DNA from: Pseudonocardiaceae bacterium
GTDB lineage: Bacteria; Actinomycetota; Actinomycetes; Mycobacteriales; Pseudonocardiaceae
Length of the DNA: 64,000 bases
Direction: 5' to 3'
NCBI GenBank assembly: GCA_050699575.1
Contig: JBOHFG010000101.1
Coordinates: 13,589 to 77,588, forward strand
The notes under the pieces: generated by a model
What the model saw: the letters and a program-made list of their open reading frames with translations, nothing else
The model's database searches: none
Told to the model about the DNA's origin: nothing
Part shown: one piece after another, positions 35,716 to 44,149 of the stretch
How the letters are laid out: the number at the start of each line of letters is the position of its first letter
Position numbering within the stretch: the stretch's first letter is position 1
Program-made: the position numbers and the translations under genes

Positions 35716-36855
35716 TCAGGTCAGTCGGGTGGGCGCGAGTGCTGTGGGGTCGAGTGGAATGTCGGGCGGTGGCGAGTCGCCGAGGATGATCGCCGCACCT
35801 AGTGCTGCCAACGCCGGGGCCGTCTCGATGCCGGAGCCGCCCTGGCCGGCGAAGAAATGGAAGCCGGGATGCTGCGGCCAGGCGCCGACCACCGGAGCCC
35901 GATCGGCGACGAACGAGCGCAGTCCCGACCAGCAGCTGTGTACCGAGCGCAGTCCCAGCCCGGTGACTGCCTCGACCCGCTCCAGCGCGGCTGCCACCTC
36001 GAGCGGGTCGGGCCGCGCGTCCCCCGGCTCGACGGGTGTCTCGTCGCCGGGGGAGAGCAGCAGGTGCGCCCCCTCCGTCTTGAAGTAGCACCCCTCCCGC
36101 GCCTCGACCACCATCGGTAGTGGGCCGCCGCTCGGGGTGCGGAGCCGGGCCGGGTCCGGTACCCGCGCGATGACGATCGTGCGGCGCAGTGGGCGAAGAC
36201 CCAGCCGGCGTACCCCGGCCAGGGCCGCAACGAGATCGACCCAGGCGCCGGCCGCGTCCACGACGTCGGGGGCGTGGAGCACGTCGTGCGCCCCGCAGTG
36301 CACCCGCCAACCACCGGGAACTGCGGTCAACCTGGTGACCGGTGCCGCCACCCGCACACCGCCGCCGCGCCGGCGCAACCCGCGGACGTAGGCCTGATGC
36401 AACGCCATGACGTCGAGATCCCCCGCGTTGTCGGTGACTGCCGCGGCGCGCAGCATGTCCCGGCGCAGCGCTGGGCATCGGGCAAGCGACTCCGCCAATG
36501 ACAGCTCGACCGGGGCGTCCGGCTCACCCGCCTGCTCTGCCAGCACGGCCCGCAGCGCCTGTTCACCAGCGTCGTCGAAGGCTGCCCAGAGCACCGGACG
36601 GGGGCGCAGCAACACGGGCGCGCCGAGTTCCTCGGCCAGCTCGGCGAACCGGGGGCGACTCGCGTTGATCAGGGCCCGCACCAGCGGTTCACCGTGGCCC
36701 GGCACGTACGTGGCGGCCGAGCGCCCGGTGGAATGGGTGGCCAAGCTGGTTTCGGTCTCCAGCACGGTGACCCGGCGGTGCGCGGCGAGCTCGTAGGCAA
36801 TCGAGACGCCGGCGATCCCGCCGCCGATCACGACCACGTCCTGTCCCGGATTCAC
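35716..36855 (-). CDS. FAD-dependent oxidoreductase (DAO/glycine oxidase-like family)
   Basis: N-terminal dinucleotide fold 'DVVVIGGGIAGVSIAYELA...VTVLE'. 379 aa; C-terminal 'FAGQGGSGIETAPA'. Confidence 0.8.
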   Translation of the reverse strand: MNPGQDVVVIGGGIAGVSIAYELAAHRRVTVLETETSLATHSTGRSAATYVPGHGEPLVRALINASRPRFAELAEELGAPVLLRPRPVLWAAFDDAGEQALRAVLAEQAGEPDAPVELSLAESLARCPALRRDMLRAAAVTDNAGDLDVMALHQAYVRGLRRRGGGVRVAAPVTRLTAVPGGWRVHCGAHDVLHAPDVVDAAGAWVDLVAALAGVRRLGLRPLRRTIVIARVPDPARLRTPSGGPLPMVVEAREGCYFKTEGAHLLLSPGDETPVEPGDARPDPLEVAAALERVEAVTGLGLRSVHSCWSGLRSFVADRAPVVGAWPQHPGFHFFAGQGGSGIETAPALAALGAAIILGDSPPPDIPLDPTALAPTRLT

Positions 36856-37046
36856 CCGATCGATGCTAGCCGGCTAGGTGCTGTTAACAACGGGAAAAGC
36901 TTGTGCGGCTGTGCTTGGGATTGCTGACCCCGGCGTGTGACCATCTGCTTTCAGCCTGGTCTGACCTGCTCGACGGCGTGGGATGCGGGGAACCCGTGAC
37001 AGCTCGGCAGGACGTGAGTGCCGAACCGGGCAAGCGCCTGGACTCG

Positions 37047-39788
37047 ATGGCCGCTCAGGCCGGCGTCGTCTCGGAATCGCAGTATCAGGCACTGCGAGCC
37101 GACATTCGCCTGCTGTCGACGCTGCTCGGCGAGACCTTGATCCGCCAAGGTGGCGAAGAACTGCTCAAACTGGTCGAACAGGTACGGGGGCTGGGCCGCG
37201 CGGCCCAACGGGAGGGCGTCGCGGAGATCAGGTCGCTGCTGTCCACGCTGGACGTTGGCACGGCAGTCCAGTTGGCCCGGGCGTTCTCGACGTACTTCCA
37301 GCTCGCCAACGTGGCCGAACAGCTGCACCGATCCCGCGAGCAGCGCGCTCAGGTCGGCGGGCGGCGCGGCCCGTTGCGCGCGGTGGTGGACCGGCTGGCC
37401 CGGGACGTCGACCGGGCTGAGGTCGCCGCGGTGCTGGCGCGGATGGAGCTGCGGCCGGTGTTCACCGCGCACCCGACCGAGGTGTCCCGCGCGTCAGTGC
37501 AGGGCATCCTGCGGCAGGTGGCCGACGTCCTCGGCCAGAACCTGCCCGAGGAGCAGTTACCCCGGCAGCTCGCGCGGCTGGTCGACCTGCTGTGGCAGAC
37601 CGACGAGATCCGGCCCGGCCGGCCCACGGTTCTCGACGAGGCCCGTGCGGTCGCCTACTACCTCGAGCAGCTCGGTACTCACGCGGTGCCGGACCTGCTC
37701 GAGGACTTCGAGGACGAGCTCGCCCGCGCCTCGTTCGTGCTGCCCCCACAGTCCCGTCCGGTGGTGCTCGGCTGCTGGGTCGGGGGCGACCGCGACGGCA
37801 ACCCTCACGTCTCACCGCAAGTCACCCTTGATGTTTTACGGCTCTATGCGGACCGGGCGCTGAACATCCAGCTGGCGCTGGTCAACCAGCTCGTCCAGGA
37901 GCTGAGCGTGTCCACCCGCGTGGTTGGCGTCTCCGAGGGACTGCGGTGCAGCCTCGCTCATGACCGGCGTCTGCTGCCCGAGGTCCATGACCACTACATC
38001 CGGCGCAATGCCGACGAGCCCTACCGGTTGAAGTGCTCCTACATCCACGCCCGCCTGACCCGAACCCAGCAGCGGATTCGCGACGGCGTCTCACACCAGC
38101 CGGGACGGGACTACCTGGGGGCGCAGTCCTACCTCGCCGACCTGGAGGTGATGGACGCCTCGCTGCGCGGGCATCTCGGGGAACGCATCGCCGAGGGCAC
38201 CCTGGCCAGGACGCTGCGCAGCGTCCGAGCGCTGGGCTTGCACCTCGCGGCGCTCGACGTGCGCGAGCACGCCGAGCGGCACCACGCCGCCCTCGCGGCG
38301 CTCTACGACCCGCTCGGTGAGCTCGCGACGCCCTACGCCGAGCTCGACCGCGGGGCGCGGGCGGCGCTGCTGTCCCGCGAGCTGGCCGGACGGCGGCCGC
38401 TGACCGCCCGCTCCGCTGAGCTGCCACCAGCAGCGGCGGACGTGCTCGCCATCTTCGACACGATCCGGTCCGCTCAGCAGAGCTTCGGCGAGCCAGCGGC
38501 CAGCACGTACATCGTCTCGATGACCAAGGGCGTGGACGACGTGCTGGCTGCGGTGGTGCTGGCCCGGGAAGCCGGTCTGATCACTCTGGCACCGGCCGGC
38601 GTGGGGTGCACGTGCACGGTAGATTTCGTGCCGCTGTTCGAGACGGCCACCGAGCTGTGCCGTGCTGGTGAGCTGCTCGACGGGATGCTGCGGGATCCCT
38701 CCTACCGTCAGCTGGTCCGAGCCCGCGGAGATCTGCAAGAGGTGATGCTCGGGTACTCCGACTCCAACAAAGACGCCGGTATCACGACCGCCCAGTGGGT
38801 CATCCACCGGGCGCAGCGCCAGCTGCGTGACACCGCCGCCGCGCACGGGGTGCGGCTGCGCCTGTTCCACGGCCGCGGCGGCTCGGTCGGCCGGGGAGGC
38901 GGGCCAGCTGGGGAGGCGGTGGCGGCCTCCCCGTACGGCACGGTCGACGCGACGCTGAAGGTGACCGAGCAGGGCGAGGTCATCTCGGACAGATACTCAC
39001 TGAGCGTGCTGGCCCACGACCACCTGGAGATCCTCCTCGCTGCGGTGCTGGAGGCCACCTTGCTGCACCAGACCTCCCGAGTGGCGCCGGAGGTGCTCGA
39101 CCGGTGGGACGAGGCGATGGACCTGGTCAGCTTGGCCGCCCAGACGGCCTATCGCGACTTCGTCGACCTCCCCGGGCTCAGCGAGTTCTTCTCTGTCGCC
39201 ACCCCGGTGGACCAGCTGAGCTGGCTCAATGTCGGATCCCGACCGATGCGGCGACCGGGCAGTGGAAAGATCACGCTGGACGGGCTGCGGGCGATCCCGT
39301 GGGTGTTCGGGTGGACCCAGACCCGGATGGTCGTGCCCGGTTGGTACGGGCTCGGCAGCGGCCTGCGGGCCGCGCGTGACGCTGGGCTCGCCCCGGTGCT
39401 TGAGGAGATGCGGGACTGGGCATTTTTCACCAACCTGCTGGGGAATGTAGAGATGACGCTGGCCAAGACTGACCTGCGGATTGCGGAGTGCTACGTCTCG
39501 GCCCTCGTCGAACCCAGCTTGCAGCCGCTGTTCACCACCATCATCAGCGAGTATGACTTGACCAAGCGTGAGGTACTGCGGCTCACCGGCGGCTCGACCC
39601 TGCTGGCCCGGCACCACCTGTTGCGTCACACCCTGCAGGTTCGAGCCTCCTACCTCGAACCGCTGCATCACCTCCAGATCTCGCTGCTGGCCCGGTGTCG
39701 TGCGGTGGACGAGCCCGACCCAGATCTGCGTCGTGCCTTGCTGCGGACCGTCAACGGAATAGCTGCCGGGATGCGCAATACGGGCTGA
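37047..39788 (+). CDS. ppc: Phosphoenolpyruvate carboxylase
   Basis: 'VFTAHPTEVSR', 'GYSDSNKDAG', 'FHGRGGSVGRGGGP' and C-terminal '...GMRNTG'. ATG 37047 is preferred over the track start at 36903. Confidence 0.95.
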   Translation: MAAQAGVVSESQYQALRADIRLLSTLLGETLIRQGGEELLKLVEQVRGLGRAAQREGVAEIRSLLSTLDVGTAVQLARAFSTYFQLANVAEQLHRSREQRAQVGGRRGPLRAVVDRLARDVDRAEVAAVLARMELRPVFTAHPTEVSRASVQGILRQVADVLGQNLPEEQLPRQLARLVDLLWQTDEIRPGRPTVLDEARAVAYYLEQLGTHAVPDLLEDFEDELARASFVLPPQSRPVVLGCWVGGDRDGNPHVSPQVTLDVLRLYADRALNIQLALVNQLVQELSVSTRVVGVSEGLRCSLAHDRRLLPEVHDHYIRRNADEPYRLKCSYIHARLTRTQQRIRDGVSHQPGRDYLGAQSYLADLEVMDASLRGHLGERIAEGTLARTLRSVRALGLHLAALDVREHAERHHAALAALYDPLGELATPYAELDRGARAALLSRELAGRRPLTARSAELPPAAADVLAIFDTIRSAQQSFGEPAASTYIVSMTKGVDDVLAAVVLAREAGLITLAPAGVGCTCTVDFVPLFETATELCRAGELLDGMLRDPSYRQLVRARGDLQEVMLGYSDSNKDAGITTAQWVIHRAQRQLRDTAAAHGVRLRLFHGRGGSVGRGGGPAGEAVAASPYGTVDATLKVTEQGEVISDRYSLSVLAHDHLEILLAAVLEATLLHQTSRVAPEVLDRWDEAMDLVSLAAQTAYRDFVDLPGLSEFFSVATPVDQLSWLNVGSRPMRRPGSGKITLDGLRAIPWVFGWTQTRMVVPGWYGLGSGLRAARDAGLAPVLEEMRDWAFFTNLLGNVEMTLAKTDLRIAECYVSALVEPSLQPLFTTIISEYDLTKREVLRLTGGSTLLARHHLLRHTLQVRASYLEPLHHLQISLLARCRAVDEPDPDLRRALLRTVNGIAAGMRNTG

Positions 39789-39836
39789 GGCACACCGCGC
39801 CGACTGGTGCGTCGTTCTTGAGTCGGGACGGCAGCG

Positions 39837-41075
39837 GTGGGGGTGGGTGTGGCAGGGGCAGGTAGGTCACGTGGTCGGCGTTTGCTGGGCTGGATGGTGG
39901 CGGTGACGGTGGTGCTCACGCCCTGCGCCACGGTCTTGCTTACCTCGACGGCGCACGGTCAGGTGCCGCTGTGGTCGGCGGAGTGGGCGCAGTCAGCTGG
40001 GCCGGAAGTCCCGGTGGTCCCGATCGTGTCGCCGCAAGTCGTGACGCAGCCAAGGGACGGAGCTACCGATGTCCTCCCGACCGCGCCCGTGCGGGTCTCG
40101 GTCAACTATGGCGTGCTTGACGCGGTATCGCTGACCAATCCGGAAGGCAAACTGGTGGCCGGCCAGCTCTCCACGGACCGGAGCAGCTGGGTGACCACGG
40201 AGCCCCTGGGTTACGCCAAGACCTACACTTGGTCCGGTACCGCCACCGGAATTGACCACCTACCCCGCGCGATTACCGGCTCGTTCCGGACAGTCGTCCC
40301 TGTGCGGCTGATCGGTGGACAGTTCAACGTTGCCGACAACGCCACCTACGGCGTCGCCATGCCGATTGTGCTGGCCTTCAGTTCCACGGTTATCGACAAG
40401 GCTGCCGTGCAAAAATCTCTGTCGGTGCAGCTCTCGGTGCCTACCGAAGGGTCCTGGGCGTGGTTGGATGACGCGACGGTGCACTGGCGTCCCAAGGCTT
40501 ATTTCGCGCCCAACACCAAGATTACGGTGACCGCGAAGCTCTACGGGTTAGCCATGGGTGGCGGCGATTTCGGCCGTGCGGACATCACGTCCACCTTTAC
40601 CATCGGCCGGTCCTACGTGTTGCGAGGTGATACCCGCACGCACCGGTTGATGGCCTATGTCAACGGGATTCGGGTTGCCGACTATCCAGCCAGTTATGGG
40701 TTGGACTCCGACCCCGGCCGAGCGACCCACAGCGGCACTCATGTCGTGCTGAGCAAGTACCCGGTGTTCTACATGACCAACCCCAAGTATCACTACAAGA
40801 ATGTTGAAGCGCGGTGGGCCGTGCGGATCTCCAACAATGGCGAGTTCCTCCACGCGGCGCCGTGGTCGGTGGCCCAGCAGGGCAGAACCAACGTCTCGCA
40901 CGGTTGCGTCAACCTTTCCCCGGCCAACGCGGCGGCGGTCTTCGATGCGGTCTTGCCCGGAGACCCCGTTGAGATCATCGGTTCGTCCCGGCAGCTGACT
41001 GCCGGAGACGGCGACTACTACGATTGGACCATTCCCTGGTCGGTATGGACGTCCAAGTCCGCCCTGCCCAGCTGA
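39837..41075 (+). CDS. L,D-transpeptidase (YkuD domain, LdtMt2-like with N-terminal Ig-like domains)
   Basis: N-terminal signal/TM, then the catalytic 'HSGTHVV...FLHAAPWSVAQQGRTNVSHGCVNLSPANA'. Confidence 0.9.
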   Translation: MGVGVAGAGRSRGRRLLGWMVAVTVVLTPCATVLLTSTAHGQVPLWSAEWAQSAGPEVPVVPIVSPQVVTQPRDGATDVLPTAPVRVSVNYGVLDAVSLTNPEGKLVAGQLSTDRSSWVTTEPLGYAKTYTWSGTATGIDHLPRAITGSFRTVVPVRLIGGQFNVADNATYGVAMPIVLAFSSTVIDKAAVQKSLSVQLSVPTEGSWAWLDDATVHWRPKAYFAPNTKITVTAKLYGLAMGGGDFGRADITSTFTIGRSYVLRGDTRTHRLMAYVNGIRVADYPASYGLDSDPGRATHSGTHVVLSKYPVFYMTNPKYHYKNVEARWAVRISNNGEFLHAAPWSVAQQGRTNVSHGCVNLSPANAAAVFDAVLPGDPVEIIGSSRQLTAGDGDYYDWTIPWSVWTSKSALPS

Positions 41076-41189
41076 CCTTCAGACGCTCGACCCCGCGTCC
41101 CACATCGGCCAAGCTGGCCGCCAAGCCACGGCCTGCACCGCTATTACGTACACGCAGGATTTCGGCACGTACGCACCGTGACAGGTCAT

Positions 41190-42530
41190 CGAGCAGGTCC
41201 ATCGCGCTGGTCGAGCGCGAGGTCTCGTTGCTCCCTCACCCGACACCTACCTGGGCGATAGCCTGTCACGGCAAAAGCTCGCTGAGCTGGTCAACACCTG
41301 GGTGTGGGACCACCACAACAAGAAGGTAGTGGTGGCCACGGCGAATTACATCGGCAAGCTTGAGCGTGGGCTCATCCGCTGGCCAGCTGAGGTGTACCGG
41401 GAGGCCCTCCGGGAGATCCTGGGTGCGCCCACTGATGCCGCGCTGGGATTTGTCAACGCCCGTGCCCGCCGGTGGGTGGTAAGACTGGATGACGTGGACC
41501 ATCAACGGCTTCTGCGCCGCCGCACAGCCCTGGGCGCGGGCGCCCTGGGACCGGTGGCAGCGCTGCTGGAGGCCTCGAGCCCGCCCCGACCTTCCCGGCC
41601 CCGGTGGGTCGGTGCGACCGACATCGAGCAGACCCGGACCGGCCAAGCTGGTGTTCCAGGACTGGAGCCTCAGCTACGGCGGTGGAATGGCCTGGGATGC
41701 CGTGCTGGGCCAGCTGCACTGGTCGGCCGGGCTGCTCGACGCTCTGTGCCCGGCCCGGCTGCGCCCCGCGCTGTTCGCCGCGGTCATCGATCTCGCCAAC
41801 ACCGCCGGGTACATCGCCATGGACGCCGGTGCCGATGGGGAGGCCCGCCGGATCTACCGTTTCGCACTGGACTGCGCCGAGGACGAGGAGAACGGCGACT
41901 GGCATCTGCGCGCCGAGGTCCTGGGACACATGGTGGTGCACGCGATCCAGACTGGGCAGCCTGATGAGGCACTCACCCTGGCGGAACAGGCCCTGGTCCG
42001 CGCGGACCGGCTCACCGCGACCCAACGGTCGACCCTGCACACCGACCGGGCCAGTGCGCTGGCCACGATGCGCCGAGTTCAGGAGACCTTGACCGCGATC
42101 GGCACCGCCGATGACCACTTCGCCCAGTCCACCCCGGCCAACGACCACCCTTCCTGGCCGTCTTCCACAACCCCGCTGTCCATGCCCTGCGCACTGGGGG
42201 GTCCCGGTTCACCCTGGGGATCCTGGGTCACGACCCCGGTGCGGCCACTGACCGGCTCACGACGGCAATCGGCGGACTCACCGGCTATGCCCGTCCCCGA
42301 GCACTGTGCCTGACCAAACTGGCCAGTCTGACGATGGTCACCGGCGACCCGCTCCAGGCCGCCATCATCGGACAGGAGGCCTGGACACCGCCGACATGAT
42401 CCGCTTCCGTACCACCACCGACCGCCTGCGTGAGCTGTCCCGTTACGCCGCCGCGCACCAGCACCTCGACGAGGTCGCGCACCTGCAACACCGGATCACC
42501 ACCCTGCTGGTGCGGACCGACAGCTCGTAA
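41190..42530 (+). pseudogene. Frameshifted paralogue of the HTH-TPR regulator at 13803..15194
   Basis: Homology runs through three different frames. Matches include 'LSRQKLAELVNTWVWDHH', 'TDAALGFVNAR', 'GATDIEQTR', 'CPARLRPALFAAV', 'GDWHLRAEVL', 'AIQTGQPDEALT', 'LTKLASLTMVTGDPLQAA' and 'HLQHRITTLLVRTDSS'. There are at least three frame disruptions (near 41645, 42135 and 42385), and no start region equivalent to copy 1. Confidence 0.8.
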
Positions 42531-42654
42531 GGGGGATCGAGTCCTCATCCTCTCCCTCCCGTCCGTGACGTTCCCATGATCACGTACCTTCCGGGCGGGT
42601 CGGGAGCCGGGAAGGTCATCTCGACACCGTCACTCGCTCGCAGTGGCGGTGTGG

Positions 42655-42702
42655 GGCGGCGGCCCCGCTTCTCGGGCGACAACACCGCGCGGGGCCGCCG
42701 CC
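42655..42702 (+). terminator. Second copy of the conserved GC-rich hairpin (perfect 14-bp stem)
   Basis: ggcggcggccccgc - 20 nt - gcggggccgccgcc. Same position relative to the (pseudo)regulator stop as 15287..15332. Confidence 0.4.
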
Positions 42703-43168
42703 TCCCACACACGATAGACCGGGGGCGCAGCACTGTGCACCACGACCAGAGCCCACCAGCTCCTTACGTCACCACGACCCCGGCTGGCCGCCGGTCGAGC
42801 TGCCCCGTATCGGCTCCTGGCGGCTAGTCGGACCCTCACCATCTGGGCACGAGGTCAGGGGCTGACTTCCAGGAACAGCACAGCGGGCGACATCGGCGCA
42901 CGCGGCTGAGCTGGTGGCGACCCCGGATCCAGCCGAGCACGGTGGGGAAACTGACCGTGTGGAGCGGAGCTGATCCCCGCGGCGATGGTCGAACCCGGCT
43001 GCGGCTACTGCCTACCATGCCTGTCGACCTACCAGCTCGGCTAACGAACACTCAACGCCCGATGATCACTTTGATGGTGCGGTTGGCGTGGCCCGGAGAG
43101 GTAGGCCCGCAGGCTGGCGGTCGCGATCCCGGTGGGCAATCTGCATGACGTAGTGGGATGCTTCGCGC

Positions 43169-43666
43169 ATGACAGTGCAGATCGCTGTTCGGCTCGATGA
43201 CTCGCAAACTCCGGTGCAACAAGGAGCGGCGTTCCAGGTTCTGATCTTCCCGTTCCGGCCTCAGGAGGAGGGGTTCGTCTACGCGTTGTTCCGGCGCCAG
43301 GACTCGGGTTATTGGCATGGGGTGGCTGGCGGCGGAGAAGCTGGTGAGTCTCCGTTGCAGACGGCCCACCAGGAGGCCGGTATGGGGGATGGCGTGGAGT
43401 TCGTGTTGGGTTCCCGGGCGACGATGCCGGTGGTCGCGATGACGGGTGAGTTCAGCCGGGGGCCGCAGGTTTTGGTGATCCCGGAATACGCCTTCGGGCT
43501 CGGCGTCGAGAACGCGAGCTTCGTCTGTCGGATGCATTCCGTAAGCCCATTCGAACGGGAACGTACGCAAACACCCTCACACTCCCACCTCACGCACGAT
43601 CGGCTCGTACTCCCGCCCGTTGCGGCGATAGCCGTTGATCCACCGCTTGGCGGTGCCTGGGTTTAG
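43169..43666 (+). CDS. NUDIX-fold protein with a degenerate Nudix box (possibly a decaying gene)
   Basis: 'GVAGGGEAGESPLQTAHQEAGMGDGV' aligns to GX5EX7REUXEEXGU, but R->Q and both catalytic EE are replaced (MG). Its 3' end overlaps a minus-strand gene remnant. Confidence 0.45.
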   Translation: MTVQIAVRLDDSQTPVQQGAAFQVLIFPFRPQEEGFVYALFRRQDSGYWHGVAGGGEAGESPLQTAHQEAGMGDGVEFVLGSRATMPVVAMTGEFSRGPQVLVIPEYAFGLGVENASFVCRMHSVSPFERERTQTPSHSHLTHDRLVLPPVAAIAVDPPLGGAWV

Positions 43667-43819
43667 CCCACGGAGCCGGCCACCTCGGTAGGTGTAGACC
43701 GGGCGCTCGAGTAGAGACGCGATTGGTACTTTTCGGTCAAAAAGGTCAAAATTTACATCGAAGGCCGTGACACCACTTCTCGCCCTCAGGTCGCCAGGTG
43801 ACGCGACGGGCATTACCAC
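43577..43819 (-). pseudogene. N-terminal fragment of an HTH protein (type usually fused to or adjacent to DUF433 antitoxin-like domains)
   Basis: 'LERPVYTYRGGRLRGLNPGTAKRWINGYRRNGREYEPIVR' resembles the N-terminus of ~230-aa actinobacterial proteins, but the ORF ends after 80 aa. This is recall only. Confidence 0.3.
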
Positions 43820-44149
43820 CGTGTTGCGGGCGGTTCACCATGTCATGACGCGTCCCAACGTGTGCCACGAATGGGTGATATGACGTGAGGTGCCGCGTCC
43901 GCGAACGGTGGGTCAGTTGCCCTGAGCGGTGGCGCGTGACAGTGGCGGGCAATCCAGTTACCAGGCGATAGTGATCGATGACCTGAAGTTTGAGGCGTCG
44001 TGCCGCTACTCATCCACCGATCGATCGCTGGTTGCTGAGGAGATTCGACAAGTGGCGATTCACCACTAAAGCAGCTAACCTACGCCCAAGTGAGTTAACA
44101 AGGCTCTCACTGCGAGTTACTATTTATCTCGAATGACGAGTGGTGGGAG

